The position numbers and the translations under genes are program-made. A stretch of 64,000 bases of DNA from an uncultured Spirochaetales bacterium (GTDB lineage: Bacteria; Spirochaetota; Spirochaetia; DSM-27196; DATKUC01). Numbering within the stretch: the first letter of the stretch is position 1; every line of letters starts with the position of its first letter. This document shows, piece by piece, positions 53,407 through 63,909 of the stretch. The notes beneath the pieces were generated by a model. That model saw nothing but the letters and a program-made list of their open reading frames with translations, did not search any database and was not told the origin of the DNA. The DNA lies in the NCBI GenBank assembly GCA_964553615.1, contig CAZKMA010000001.1, positions 95,592 through 159,591 on the forward strand. The letters are read 5' to 3'.

Positions 53407-54725
53407 ACGGCACCTTTCAGGATAGAGTTCACCGCCTCAGGGACGGAATCGAATCGGTGGGTGTAGCGCGCAGTGACCGTGTCTCCAGCTACTCCCTGGT
53501 GGGACGCCTGAGCCTCCGCATCTGCTACCGAACCAATGAACAGGGAAGCGCGGAGGCCCGCCCGAATTCCAGCTTGCGTGTCCCGGATATTATCTCCAAC
53601 GATGAAGGACGAGGCAAGGTCGATGTTGAACCGTTCGGCGGCACTGAGAATCATTCCGGGCTTTGGTTTGCGGCAGTCACAATCTATCTTGAGTTCGGGG
53701 ACCTCGCCCGGCCAGCCCTTCTCCGGGTGGTGAGGACAATAATAGAGCGCGTCCACGAACGCTCCTTCAATACCGAGGAGGGTATCCATCTTTGCATGGA
53801 CGGCATACAGGGTCTCTTCGGTCATCAGGCCTTTTGCAATGAACGGCTGATTGGTTACCACCACCGCCAGATAGTCGCTTGCGTTTATCTTCCGCAGCGC
53901 CTGCACAATGCCGGAAGTGAGCTCGAACTCCGCCGGAGAGAGGACACCGCCGGACTCGGTATTTATTATTCCGTCCCGATCGAGGAATATGCATTTCTGC
54001 CGGGATTCCAGGTTTCGCCGTGCCGGTTTGTCAGCCGAAAGGTCCTGCTCGACTTCCGAGAGCCTTTCAGGCGTTCCCATGTCCTTCAAATATTCCGGGG
54101 TCGAATATGCGCGAAGGGTCTCTCCCGCGGCCAGCACCGCCGGAAACACGTGCTTTCCCAGATCGCAGGCACCGTTTCGTGGAATGTACCGGAAAATCTG
54201 CGGGCCAAGGACGTAGAGCGCCGCGTTTACGAGGTTTCGGTACGTGCCCTCGTTGTGCGGTTTCGGGTGAAATGCGCGAACCGTCCATCCGTCACCGGTC
54301 TCTACAAGGTCCGAATCGGCAGGATGGCTGTTCGGATGCACGACGAGAGTACCGGCGGCAGGCACCTGCCGGTGAAACTCGACAAGCGCACGCAGGTTCA
54401 TGTCCACGAAGACATCGCCGTACAGGACGAGAAAATCGTCCTCGATCGAGTCTTCAACCTGCAGGAGGGCGCCACCGGTGCCCAGCGGTTCGGATTCGAT
54501 CCGGTATTCGATTCTAACTCCGTAGCGGCTCCCGTCACCAAGGTGGTCGACGATGACCGATGCCAGGTAGCCGGCAAGGATGACCACTTCGTTGAATCCG
54601 TACCGGGCCGCGAGTCGGACCTGATGTTCTATGATGGGAACGCCGCGGACCGGCGCCATCGGTTTCGGTATGTTCGAGAGTCCAAGCCGCGTGCCTTTGC
54701 CGCCGGCGATAATGACACATTTCAT
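53403..54725 (-). CDS. Fusion protein: sugar-1-phosphate nucleotidyltransferase (HddC-like) + HAD-IIIA heptose-1,7-bisphosphate phosphatase (GmhB-like)
   Basis: Trimmed to MKCVIIAGGKGTRLG (NTP-transferase G-loop). The C-terminal half has FLDRDGIIN (the HAD DxD nucleophile motif), VVTNQP and CRKPKPGM. Confidence 0.82.
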   Translation of the reverse strand: MKCVIIAGGKGTRLGLSNIPKPMAPVRGVPIIEHQVRLAARYGFNEVVILAGYLASVIVDHLGDGSRYGVRIEYRIESEPLGTGGALLQVEDSIEDDFLVLYGDVFVDMNLRALVEFHRQVPAAGTLVVHPNSHPADSDLVETGDGWTVRAFHPKPHNEGTYRNLVNAALYVLGPQIFRYIPRNGACDLGKHVFPAVLAAGETLRAYSTPEYLKDMGTPERLSEVEQDLSADKPARRNLESRQKCIFLDRDGIINTESGGVLSPAEFELTSGIVQALRKINASDYLAVVVTNQPFIAKGLMTEETLYAVHAKMDTLLGIEGAFVDALYYCPHHPEKGWPGEVPELKIDCDCRKPKPGMILSAAERFNIDLASSFIVGDNIRDTQAGIRAGLRASLFIGSVADAEAQASHQGVAGDTVTARYTHRFDSVPEAVNSILKGAV

Positions 54726-54765
54726 GCGCTGTGATACTAACACATCCCACCACATGTGGGAATAT

Positions 54766-55479
54766 TCATCGCTTGTCCCGGTACGCCTGAACCAGCGCCT
54801 TCACGATACGGGCGGTCATTCCCCATATCTGGTGTTTGTCCCAGGAATACACAAAAAGAATGTGCTCGCGCTCTCCCCAGCTCCGGTGGTAGCGCTCCGG
54901 CAATCCCAGTTCCCGGGCAGGAAATGTGTAGACCTCCCTGCCTGTTTCGTCCGTGTAGAAGGAGCGGACCTCGCTGTGTGCGGTATAACGTTCAGGCTCG
55001 GTCCGGACGAAGTAAGAAAAGGGGACGGAGAACACCTCCGCCACCTCCGACTCAGCCGGGTTGAGCTCATCTATTCCGGTTATGCGCAGGATGCCCGGGT
55101 ACACATCAACTGTGGCGCCGTGTCCGGTAACCACTGTGCCGATTCTTCGATACGCACGGATGCGACCCGACGGAATGCCCAATTCCTCCATCGTCTCCCG
55201 TACTGCGGTGTCTTTCGTTGAACGGTCGTGCTTGTCGTCGAAACCGCCCCCGGGAAAACTGATTTCTCCCGGCTGACGAATGTTCTGGGCACGTTTCTCG
55301 AAAACGAGGTGATATTCTGAATCAATGAGCAGGAAGGGGGCGAGCACCCCTCCGACAAACTGATCGTCCTCGGGAATGGCACCTGGATTGCGATCGAACC
55401 GTCGAAGTATCCGTTTGATGTCTCGAATCTGTTTCATAGCAATGAGTTCAGTATACCAGCGAAGCAGAACGGGAGCCAT
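54766..55479 (-). CDS. NUDIX hydrolase, CoA-pyrophosphatase (NudL/NUDT7)-like
   Basis: GEISFPGGGFDDKHDRSTKDTAVRETMEELGI is the Nudix box with the upstream FPGG context typical of CoA pyrophosphatases. The start is uncertain (ATG 55479 or 55437). Confidence 0.78.
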   Translation of the reverse strand: MAPVLLRWYTELIAMKQIRDIKRILRRFDRNPGAIPEDDQFVGGVLAPFLLIDSEYHLVFEKRAQNIRQPGEISFPGGGFDDKHDRSTKDTAVRETMEELGIPSGRIRAYRRIGTVVTGHGATVDVYPGILRITGIDELNPAESEVAEVFSVPFSYFVRTEPERYTAHSEVRSFYTDETGREVYTFPARELGLPERYHRSWGEREHILFVYSWDKHQIWGMTARIVKALVQAYRDKR

Positions 55480-55518
55480 ACTGAGGCCGTGAGTGGATGC
55501 GGAAGTGGCGAACGGTCG

Positions 55519-56934
55519 CTATTCGCTGTCGAAGATCTTACCCGGGTTCATAATGCCGTTCGGATCCCATGCGTTCTTGATTGCGCGCATGAGATGAAGC
55601 TCGGTCGGATCAATGATTTCGGACATGTACTTCTTGCGCTTCAGCCCTATTCCGTGTTCGCCGCTTATCTTTCCACCGAGTTTTTTCGTAATTGCATACA
55701 GCTCGCGAAGTGCCTGAGGCTCAATCGCGTGCCACTCCTCCATGGTGTGATCAGGGTTCTTGACCAGCGTTGCATGGAGATTTCCGTCTCCTGCGTGTCC
55801 GTAGCACGGGATCTGGATGCCGTACTTGCCGGAGATGCGTTCGAGCTCGGGTATGATGTCCGGGATGGCGGATATGGGTACGACAATGTCTTCGAGGCTC
55901 TGGACCGGGCTGTATACCTTGAACGCCTCGGCAATGTTTCGCCGGACACTCCAGATGCGCTCCTGGGTTGTGTAGTTGTCCGCAACGTAGACTTCTATTG
56001 CCCCGTTATTCATGCACAAGTCTCCGGTCGTCTCCAGATCGGATTCCACCTGTTTCGGATCGGTCCCGTCGATCTCGATCAGGAGCATTGCTCCGCACTG
56101 GTCGTAGGGAAGTGTTTCGTTGAGGTATCTGCAGGAGGTCTGGACCGAAAGTCGATCCATGAACTCGATGCTCGTAGGAATGATTCCTCGTCCCATGAGA
56201 AGCGGCACGCAGTCTATCGCCTCTTTCGGGGACCCGAACAGGCAGAGCAGGTCCCCCTTCGCCGTGGGAAGCCCGGTGAGCTTGACAATTGCCTTGGTTA
56301 CAATTCCCAGAGTTCCTTCCGAGCCGACGACAAGCTGCTTCAGGTCATACCCGGTTACGTCCTTCGCGAGTTTTCCGCCAAGCCAGACAATTTCTCCAGT
56401 CGGCGTAACAAGCTCGAGACCCATGATGTACCGGCCGGTAACCCCGTACTTTACCGCCTTCCCGCCACCCGCGTTTTCTGCAATGTTGCCGCCGAGAAAG
56501 CAGGTTTCGAGACTCATTGGGTAGCCCGCATAGAAGAGCCCCTTTTCCCGTATGGCGCTGTTTATTTCGTTGGTGACAATGCCGGTCTCAGCAACAATCA
56601 TCATGTTGCCGTAATCGATCTCGATGATGCTGTTCATCTTTTCCACAGAGAGTACAATGCCGCCATAGATCGGGATGGCACCTCCCGAAAGACCCGAACC
56701 CGCCCCTCGCGGGGTTATCGGTATCCGTTCCCGGTTCGCAAGTTTCACGACGTCCGCAACCTGTTCGGCGGTTGTCGGCGTTACCGCAACCTCCGGCATG
56801 TGGCCGTACTCCTGTGCAGAGGTCTCGTCGTGTGAATATGTCTCCAGCTTCTCCATATCCGAGATCACATTCTGTCTTCCGACGATTTCCGAAAGTTCGT
56901 CGACGATTGCTCGGGTTACCGCGTTGTATGTCAT
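55519..56934 (-). CDS. FAD-binding oxidase (GlcD/D-lactate dehydrogenase family), Lct-type dehydrogenase subunit
   Basis: 471 aa with an FAD_binding_4 N-domain (PRGAGSGLSGGAIP) and a C-terminal GEHGIGLKRKKYM. ATGA overlap with etfA. Confidence 0.88.
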   Translation of the reverse strand: MTYNAVTRAIVDELSEIVGRQNVISDMEKLETYSHDETSAQEYGHMPEVAVTPTTAEQVADVVKLANRERIPITPRGAGSGLSGGAIPIYGGIVLSVEKMNSIIEIDYGNMMIVAETGIVTNEINSAIREKGLFYAGYPMSLETCFLGGNIAENAGGGKAVKYGVTGRYIMGLELVTPTGEIVWLGGKLAKDVTGYDLKQLVVGSEGTLGIVTKAIVKLTGLPTAKGDLLCLFGSPKEAIDCVPLLMGRGIIPTSIEFMDRLSVQTSCRYLNETLPYDQCGAMLLIEIDGTDPKQVESDLETTGDLCMNNGAIEVYVADNYTTQERIWSVRRNIAEAFKVYSPVQSLEDIVVPISAIPDIIPELERISGKYGIQIPCYGHAGDGNLHATLVKNPDHTMEEWHAIEPQALRELYAITKKLGGKISGEHGIGLKRKKYMSEIIDPTELHLMRAIKNAWDPNGIMNPGKIFDSE

Positions 56935-57938
56935 GCCGGATTGCCCTTTTCAGAAGCCCTGGCGAGCCGCAGGGTAAGACGTGGAAGGACTTCGAACAGA
57001 TCTCCCACAATGCCAAAATCCGCAATCTTGTGAATCGGGGCCTCCGGATCCACGTTGATGGAGACTATTGTCCCGGCGGTTTTTATTCCGGCAAGGTGCT
57101 GGATTGAACCGGAAACTCCTGCGGCAATGTAGAGTTTGGGGGATATCGTCTTCCCGCTCAACCCGACCTGGTGAGGGTATTCGATCCATCCACGGTCAAC
57201 AGCATCGCGGCTCGCGCCCACGGCGGCACCGAGCCGTTCAGCGAGTGCCCGGATGAGCTTGAAATTGTCCGCGCGCTTCAGCCCGCGGCCTCCTGCCACA
57301 ACGATATCCGCTTCTTCCAGATTGACGAACGCTTCGCCTTCGCTGCGATATCCGAGGACTTCTACTCGGGAGTCGAAGAGCTCCTCCGGTACCGGCACCT
57401 CAATTATCTTGCCGATGCGAGTCCGGTCTTCCGGAAGCGGTCGCGATGATTTCGGACGGACCGTAGCCATTTGCGGGCGATGATGCGGGGTCTTGATGGT
57501 TGCCATGATATTCCCCCCTATTGCCGGCCGCGTCTGCAGCAGATTGTGCGTCTCAGGTTCTATGTCGAGTTCCGTACAGTCGGCGGTCAGCCCCGAATGT
57601 GCCCGTACAGCGACATGAGGCATGAGTGTTCGCCCGGAAGACGTGGCCGCGGCGAGGACCGAATGGGGATGGTACTGCCTGATCAGAAAAAGAAGGATAT
57701 TGCTGAACGATTCGCACACAAACTCGGAGAGCCGTGGATCGTTCACGTAGTAGACCTCGTCCGCGCCATGATAAATGAGCCGGTTGAGCTCTTCCGGCGC
57801 AATGTCGCTTCCGAAGACTATGGATGCAAGCCGTGTTTCGAGGGTATCCGCCAGCCGTCTGCCGCGGGAGAGTAGCTCGAAGGAGACGTTTTTCAACCGA
57901 CCACCGGTCTGTTCGGCAATTGTCCAGACAAAACTCAT
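56931..57938 (-). CDS. etfA: Electron transfer flavoprotein, alpha subunit
   Basis: VWTIAEQTGGRL...IVVAGGRG...LGAAVGASRDAVDRGW...QVGLSGKTISPKLYIAAGVSGSIQHLAG. Confidence 0.92.
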   Translation of the reverse strand: MSFVWTIAEQTGGRLKNVSFELLSRGRRLADTLETRLASIVFGSDIAPEELNRLIYHGADEVYYVNDPRLSEFVCESFSNILLFLIRQYHPHSVLAAATSSGRTLMPHVAVRAHSGLTADCTELDIEPETHNLLQTRPAIGGNIMATIKTPHHRPQMATVRPKSSRPLPEDRTRIGKIIEVPVPEELFDSRVEVLGYRSEGEAFVNLEEADIVVAGGRGLKRADNFKLIRALAERLGAAVGASRDAVDRGWIEYPHQVGLSGKTISPKLYIAAGVSGSIQHLAGIKTAGTIVSINVDPEAPIHKIADFGIVGDLFEVLPRLTLRLARASEKGNPA

Positions 57939-57953
57939 GGCTGCCGTCCTCTT

Positions 57954-58751
57954 TCAGATGATTTCTTTTTGCCGGAGATACTCGAGCAGTTGATCCACAG
58001 CAGTTTCGATCCCCTCGTCGTCCGTCGCCGTGACAAGCACTCCGTTGCGCGCCACCTTCGGATGCTGAATTTTCACTACGCGCGTCGGCGACCCGTTCAG
58101 ACCGATGAATGATTCGTCGAGTGGCATAGACTCTGCGGTGTATACCGGAATCTCTGCAAGCCGTGCGCGCTTCTTGCCGCCAAGAGTTGGCAGGCGCGGC
58201 GGAGCAATCTCTTTGACGACAGTCAGAAGCGCCGGAAGCGGCAACCTCAGTCTTTGATACCCCTCTTCAACCAGCCGTTCTACGGTCAGTCCGGTCGAAT
58301 CGATTTCGGAAATTCTGCTTACGTAGGTTGCAACCGGAAGATCAAGCCACGCGGCGATTCCCGGTCCGACCTGACCGGTATCTCCGTCCGTGGCGCGTTC
58401 TCCGCACAGCACCAGATCGAATGCGCCGGCTTTCCGGATTGCCTGCGCAAGCGTGTAGCTGGTTGCCCATGTATCGGAGCCCGCGAACTTCCTGTCGGAA
58501 ACAAGAATCCCATTGTCGCAACCCATTGCAAGCGCCTCGCGGATAGCCGAAACTGCCATGCTGGGTCCCATGCTCAGTACCGTGATCTGTCCGCCGAACC
58601 GTTCTTTGATCCGCACCCCGACTTCGATGGCGTACAGATCGAGCGGATTGACGACCGTCCCGACACCATCGCGAATCATAGTACCGGTTTCGGGATCCAT
58701 CTTGACGTTGCTTGTTTCCGGAACCTGTTTGATTGGAATGGCGATGTTCAC
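57954..58751 (-). CDS. etfB: Electron transfer flavoprotein, beta subunit
   Basis: (V)NIAIPIKQVPETSNVKMDPETGTMIRDG...NPLDLYAIE. The start is taken at GTG 58751 (AGGAG 7 nt upstream), after the lctP stop. Confidence 0.9.
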   Translation of the reverse strand: MNIAIPIKQVPETSNVKMDPETGTMIRDGVGTVVNPLDLYAIEVGVRIKERFGGQITVLSMGPSMAVSAIREALAMGCDNGILVSDRKFAGSDTWATSYTLAQAIRKAGAFDLVLCGERATDGDTGQVGPGIAAWLDLPVATYVSRISEIDSTGLTVERLVEEGYQRLRLPLPALLTVVKEIAPPRLPTLGGKKRARLAEIPVYTAESMPLDESFIGLNGSPTRVVKIQHPKVARNGVLVTATDDEGIETAVDQLLEYLRQKEII

Positions 58752-58761
58752 GACGGTGCTC

Positions 58762-60441
58762 CTAAAAGAGATTCGGGACAATCCAGTAGACTGCGATGAT
58801 TCCGATTATTCCGGCCGCGAACGAGTAGATGAGTGTCGGGATGAGGTTGCGCCGGATAACCTTTCCTTCTTTTCCGAGCACACCCACAGTCGTGCATGCT
58901 GCGACAACATTGAACACGCAGATCATGTTCCCCGCGGCCCCACCCACTGCCTGGAGACCCACCGTTACAATCCGGGAGATGCCTGCGTCCGTGGCCACGC
59001 CAAACTGAAATCCGGAAAACAGGATGTTGGACACCGTGTTGCTGCCCGACATGAACGCTCCAAGCACTCCGATGAGGGGCGCGAAAAGCGCCCACACGGA
59101 ACGAAAGATCTGCGCAGCACCCTTTGACAGGACCTGCATCATGCCCGCTGCGCCCGAGGCGTTGTTGGTGGAGTTGAGCATGACCTGCACGAGTGCAACG
59201 GCGAAAACGAGCGACACTGCTGCGGGAATAACCTGTGTGAGTGATTTTGTCCACGTTTCCCGAACTTTTTCCCGGTTCATCCGGTGAAGAGGAACGGTTA
59301 TGAGTGCAACGAGCATGAACGGTACGGTACCGGGCAGGTAGAGCAGCTGAAGCGCGTAGTTCAGCTTTGTTCCGAAGATGGCGGGCCAGCGGATCGTAAC
59401 CGCGGGATCCGTCAGGATCTGCTTGAGGCCAAATGCAGGAATCCGGGTCAACACCAGGATTACCGAGATGAGCAGGTACGGGGTCCACGCAAGGAAGGCG
59501 CCGATCCTTGATTCTTCGGTATCGAACTTTCCGACATCCGCTACGCCTCCCCATTCCGAGTTCCATGACTCACGCGGCCCGAAATCCCAGGCGGTCGCCG
59601 GCTGCAGAAAGCCACGGCGAGCGGCAAAGACCGTTATGGCGAGACCGATTAAGGCGCCGAGCAAAGAGGGAAGCTCCGGCCCGACGAACAGTGCTATGAG
59701 CAGATAGGGCAGTGTAAAACTCAAACCCGCGAATATGGCAAATGGGGCAACGGCAAACCCTTCGCGGAATGACCGATTTGGGCCGAAGAACCGGGTCAGT
59801 ATGACCACGATCATGAGCGGGACGAACGTCCCGATAATTGCATGGGGGATTGCCGCCCATACGCCGACCTGGTGCAGAAAGTCTCCCGTGGTCAGTCCTG
59901 CCGCCTGGATGGTGTTCACGATATCAGGCGATCCAAGTACCGAGGAGACGCCGCCGATAATGGGTGTACCCACTGCGCCGAAGCTGACCGGTGTGCTGTC
60001 GCCAATGAGTGCGAGTGTTGCCGCCGCCATCGGCGGAAAGCCAAGGCCGACCATCAACGGTCCGGCAAGTGCCGCCGGGGTCCCGAAACCCGCCGCCCCT
60101 TCTATGAGCGCAACGAAAAGGAACGCTGCGATTATTGCCTGTATCCTCCGGTCGGGACTTACCCCGAAGAACGTGCGATTGATTGCCCTGATTGCGCCGC
60201 TTGTCCGCAGAGTGTTCATGAGCAGGATTGCGCCAAATACGATAACGAGGATGTTCATCCCGCTCAGTGCTCCGTAGATGGAAGCACCCGCGAGCCACTG
60301 AAACGGCATTTGCCAGACGGCCGCAGCCAGAACGACCGCGACGGCCCAGGACAGGGGCATTACCCATTTTGCAGGCCACGTAAGTCCAACCATCAGGACA
60401 ATGGTCAGCAGGATCGGGAGCGAGGCGAGTACTACGAGCAT
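58762..60441 (-). CDS. lctP: L-lactate permease (LctP/LldP family)
   Basis: Polytopic. [11 protein letters not shown]... matches the LldP N-terminus (LIASLPILFFFF). The start is placed at ATG 60441 (GGAGGG 5 nt upstream). The ORF track extends to TTG 60534. Confidence 0.85.
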   Translation of the reverse strand: MLVVLASLPILLTIVLMVGLTWPAKWVMPLSWAVAVVLAAAVWQMPFQWLAGASIYGALSGMNILVIVFGAILLMNTLRTSGAIRAINRTFFGVSPDRRIQAIIAAFLFVALIEGAAGFGTPAALAGPLMVGLGFPPMAAATLALIGDSTPVSFGAVGTPIIGGVSSVLGSPDIVNTIQAAGLTTGDFLHQVGVWAAIPHAIIGTFVPLMIVVILTRFFGPNRSFREGFAVAPFAIFAGLSFTLPYLLIALFVGPELPSLLGALIGLAITVFAARRGFLQPATAWDFGPRESWNSEWGGVADVGKFDTEESRIGAFLAWTPYLLISVILVLTRIPAFGLKQILTDPAVTIRWPAIFGTKLNYALQLLYLPGTVPFMLVALITVPLHRMNREKVRETWTKSLTQVIPAAVSLVFAVALVQVMLNSTNNASGAAGMMQVLSKGAAQIFRSVWALFAPLIGVLGAFMSGSNTVSNILFSGFQFGVATDAGISRIVTVGLQAVGGAAGNMICVFNVVAACTTVGVLGKEGKVIRRNLIPTLIYSFAAGIIGIIAVYWIVPNLF

Positions 60442-60652
60442 ATGCACCCTCCGAAATGGCGCTCTTTGTATCGCGGTATGTTGGATAACATGGTAGATGG
60501 TCTGACCAAACATATTCTTTACCCGAACCGACAATCTGTCAACGAAATCTTTCTATTCTCTACTGCGCGGAGTCGGGGTAGACCATAGTCGGATTTAATA
60601 TAGTCCGTTTGGTTTATATCCACTCTTCGCGTAGATACTCCAAATTTAGACC

Positions 60653-61057
60653 ATGAACGCAGCAAACGGGTACCCGGCGGATATCTGGACGGTACCGGTC
60701 TATTTTGGTGCTGTCCTTATCATGACGGCCGCGATAATTGTGATTTCGGCCTTACTTGGTGAGCGTGGCAAATCGCGGGAAAAGCAGCTCCCGTACGAGT
60801 CCGGTCTGCCGTCAACGGGAAATGCACACATTCGATTTAACGTGCAATTCTACATCGTTGCCATGATATTTCTCGTTTTCGATGTTGAAACGGTGTTTAT
60901 CATGACCTGGGCGATAGGCGGAAAACAGCTTGGGTGGGGGGGATACTTCGAAATCGCGGTGTTCATTGTTCTCCTCCTGGCGGCTCTGTTCTATCTTGCC
61001 CGGATCGGGGCGCTTGATTGGCGAAGAAGGAATAGAGAAGGGAGCCGACGCACATGA
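60653..61057 (+). CDS. nuoA: NADH-quinone oxidoreductase subunit A
   Basis: PYESG...[17 protein letters not shown] is the ND3/NuoA signature. Confidence 0.92.
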   Translation: MNAANGYPADIWTVPVYFGAVLIMTAAIIVISALLGERGKSREKQLPYESGLPSTGNAHIRFNVQFYIVAMIFLVFDVETVFIMTWAIGGKQLGWGGYFEIAVFIVLLLAALFYLARIGALDWRRRNREGSRRT

Positions 61058-61671
61058 GTGATCAGAGTTACTCCTTGACCCGAGGAGAATTGCCCGTACA
61101 GGAACTGAACAAGTCATTCGTGCTGACGAAGCTTCAGGATCTGATCGGGTGGGGAAGGAAATATTCGGTGTGGCCATTCAACTTTGGCCTGTCCTGTTGT
61201 TACGTCGAGATGGCAACAGCGATAACGAGTAAGTACGACATTGCCCGTTTTGGATCCGAAGTTCTTCGCGGTTCCCCCCGGGAATCCGATTTGCTGATCG
61301 TTGCAGGAACCGTTTTCATGAAAGTCGCACCGATCATACGCAGACTGTATGAGCAGATGATGGAACCGAAGTGGGTTATCTCGATGGGCTCCTGCGCAAA
61401 CTCCGGCGGCATGTATGACATCTACAGTGTTGTCCAGGGTGTTGATCGAATACTGCCGGTCGACGTGTACGTTCCTGGTTGTCCACCGCGCCCCGATGCG
61501 TTTCTTCAGGGACTCGTGATGTTGCAGGAGAGCATCGGCAGGGAGCGTCGCCCGCTCTCCTGGGTTGTTGGCCCGCAGGGTGTGGAAAAGCCGACGTTCA
61601 TCCCGCAGCGGGACCTTCGAACAGCGGAGCGAATGAAAGCAACCGGATTAAGGAGCCCCGATGAAGTCTGA
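61054..61671 (+). CDS. nuoB: NADH-quinone oxidoreductase subunit B
   Basis: SCCYVEM...MGSCANSGG...VPGCPPRP are the N2-cluster motifs. ATGA overlap with nuoA. Confidence 0.95.
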   Translation: MSDQSYSLTRGELPVQELNKSFVLTKLQDLIGWGRKYSVWPFNFGLSCCYVEMATAITSKYDIARFGSEVLRGSPRESDLLIVAGTVFMKVAPIIRRLYEQMMEPKWVISMGSCANSGGMYDIYSVVQGVDRILPVDVYVPGCPPRPDAFLQGLVMLQESIGRERRPLSWVVGPQGVEKPTFIPQRDLRTAERMKATGLRSPDEV

Positions 61672-63418
61672 AACTGAGGCACGCGATGTCGGAAGCGCCC
61701 TTGTCGAACGGTTCCCCGGGACACGTGAAATTCGGGGCGAGCAGAAGGATGGAATTCCATCGTTCTGGGTGGATCGTCAGCAGATCGAGGCGGTAATCCG
61801 CTACCTGAAACAGGATGCGCGTCCGCACTACGCGATGCTCTACGACCTCACAGCTATCGATGAACGGGAGCGGCAGCGTCCGGCCGTGGACCCGCAGCGG
61901 GATTTCTCCCTGGTCTACCTGCTTCTTTCATTTGAAGCCCGTTCACTGGTGCGGCTGAAAGTTCCGCTCGAAGGCGAGTTCCCACACGCGCCGAGCATTA
62001 CCCGGGTTTTCCCCGCGGCGAACTGGTACGAACGCGAAGTGTGGGACATGTTCGGGATTGTCTTCGACGGACACCCTCACCTGAAGAGAATCATCATGCC
62101 CGAGACCTGGAAAGGCCATCCGCTGCGCAAAGAGCACCCGGCGCGTGCAACGGAGATGGATGATTACTCGCTTCCGGATGTCCGCTTCGAAGAAGAGATG
62201 GCGGCATTCACATTCAACCCCGAAGAGTGGGGGATGAAACGAGAGAGCGAAGATACCGATTTCATGTTTCTGAACCTGGGGCCGAACCACCCGGGCACTC
62301 ACGGTCTGTTTCGCGTTGTGTTGCAGCTGGACGGAGAAGAGATCGTGGATGCGATTCCGGAAATCGGATTTCATCACCGTGGTGCGGAGAAGATGGCCGA
62401 GCGGCAGACCTGGCACAGCTATATTCCGTACACGGCTCGCACCGATTATCTGGGCGGAGTAATGAACGACATGGCGTACGTTCAGTCGGTGGAGAAACTG
62501 GCAGGCATCGTGGTTCCCGACAGGGCGAAAGTCATGCGAATCATGCTTGCCGAGATGTTCAGGATATCCAGTCATCTGGTCTGGTACGGCACATTCGCTC
62601 AGGACATTGGCCAGCTCTCGCCCATATTTCTCATGTTCGGCGACCGCGAAAAGGTGCTGGACATTATCGGCGCAATAACCGGTGCACGCATGCATCCAAG
62701 CTGGTTCAGGATCGGCGGGACAGCGATGGATCTGCCCAACGGCTGGGAGCCGATGGTTCGAGATTTCATTGGAGAGTTCCGCAAACATCTGGTCGAATAC
62801 GAAAAGATGGTCATGAAGAATCGCGTCTTCAAGGCCAGAACTCAAGGCGTCGGCGCGTACGACATGGAGACGGCACTGGAGTGGGGAGTAACGGGTGCCG
62901 GCCTCCGGGCAACGGGATATTCCTGGGACTTCCGCAAGGATATGCCCTACGGAGGGTATGAGCAATTCGATTTCGATATACCGACAGGGCAGCGTGGTGA
63001 CTGCTTTGATCGCGGGGTCGTGCGCATCGAAGAGATGGTGCAGAGCACCCGCATCATTGAGCAATGTCTGAACAACATGCCTGCCGGTGACTACAAGGCC
63101 GATCACCCGCTGACGACGCCGCCGCGGAAAGAACGCACAATGAAAGACATAGAGACTCTCATTACGCACTTCGTCTCAACTACCTGGGGCCCCGTAATGC
63201 CCGCCGGAGAGGCGGTCGTTCCAATTGAGGCAACGAAGGGCAGCAACGCGTACTACGTGGTGAGTGATGGAAGTACGAACTCGTACCGGACGCATATTCG
63301 TGCACCCTCCTTTCCGCATCTGCAGATGCTTCCGCTCATGAGCAGGGGCGAGTTTGTGTCGGATATGGTGGTAATTCTCGGCAGCATAGATTTTGTCATG
63401 GGCGACGTGGACCGCTAG
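61661..63418 (+). CDS. nuoCD: NADH-quinone oxidoreductase fused subunit C/D
   Basis: 585 aa. The N-terminal 30-kDa domain ([19 protein letters not shown]) is fused to the 49-kDa domain ([12 protein letters not shown]...GFHHRG). Confidence 0.93.
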   Translation: MKSETEARDVGSALVERFPGTREIRGEQKDGIPSFWVDRQQIEAVIRYLKQDARPHYAMLYDLTAIDERERQRPAVDPQRDFSLVYLLLSFEARSLVRLKVPLEGEFPHAPSITRVFPAANWYEREVWDMFGIVFDGHPHLKRIIMPETWKGHPLRKEHPARATEMDDYSLPDVRFEEEMAAFTFNPEEWGMKRESEDTDFMFLNLGPNHPGTHGLFRVVLQLDGEEIVDAIPEIGFHHRGAEKMAERQTWHSYIPYTARTDYLGGVMNDMAYVQSVEKLAGIVVPDRAKVMRIMLAEMFRISSHLVWYGTFAQDIGQLSPIFLMFGDREKVLDIIGAITGARMHPSWFRIGGTAMDLPNGWEPMVRDFIGEFRKHLVEYEKMVMKNRVFKARTQGVGAYDMETALEWGVTGAGLRATGYSWDFRKDMPYGGYEQFDFDIPTGQRGDCFDRGVVRIEEMVQSTRIIEQCLNNMPAGDYKADHPLTTPPRKERTMKDIETLITHFVSTTWGPVMPAGEAVVPIEATKGSNAYYVVSDGSTNSYRTHIRAPSFPHLQMLPLMSRGEFVSDMVVILGSIDFVMGDVDR

Positions 63419-63432
63419 GAGAGTCTGAAGAA

Positions 63433-63909
63433 ATGTTGAGTGATACGGAAAAAAAAGAAATTGAGGCAACCGTTCAACACGCCGAAACCCAGCGGTCCGC
63501 ATGTGTCGATGCGCTGCTGATTGTTCAGCGCCATCGCGGCTGGGTCAGCGACGAAGCGCTTGCCGATGTTGCCGCCGCGTTGGAAATGTCGACTGCTGAG
63601 CTTGACAGCATAGCGACGTTCTACAATCTGATCTTTCGCAAACCGGTGGGCAAACACGTTGTTCATGTGTGCGACGGAATATCCTGTTGGATCATGGGAG
63701 GTCACGCAGTCCGGGACCGCGTGCGGGAACGACTCGGCATTCGTGCCGGGGAGACAACCGAGGACGGGGAGATTACGTTTCTTCCTGCGGACTGTATGGG
63801 CGCATGTGACCGGGCGCCGACGATGATTGTTGACCAGACCCTCTACGGCAATGTGACGCCGGAGAAGGTCGATGAGATACTCGATGAGCTGGGGGGCAAG
63901 AAGGTATGA
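63433..63909 (+). CDS. nuoE: NADH-quinone oxidoreductase subunit E ([2Fe-2S] thioredoxin-like)
   Basis: VCDGISCWIMG...CMGACDRAPTMIV. Confidence 0.92.
   Translation: MLSDTEKKEIEATVQHAETQRSACVDALLIVQRHRGWVSDEALADVAAALEMSTAELDSIATFYNLIFRKPVGKHVVHVCDGISCWIMGGHAVRDRVRERLGIRAGETTEDGEITFLPADCMGACDRAPTMIVDQTLYGNVTPEKVDEILDELGGKKV

Noticed and set aside
53388-54734. 448-aa plus-strand ORF.
   Set aside because: It is antisense to the HddC-GmhB fusion, whose own frame has clear catalytic motifs. The shadow frame is Arg/Gly/Val-rich with no recognisable domain.
55489-56835. 448-aa plus-strand ORF.
   Set aside because: It is antisense to the FAD-oxidase (GlcD-like) gene, so it is a shadow ORF.
61943-63169. 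408-aa minus-strand ORF.
   Set aside because: It is antisense to nuoCD, which is unambiguous, so it is a shadow ORF.
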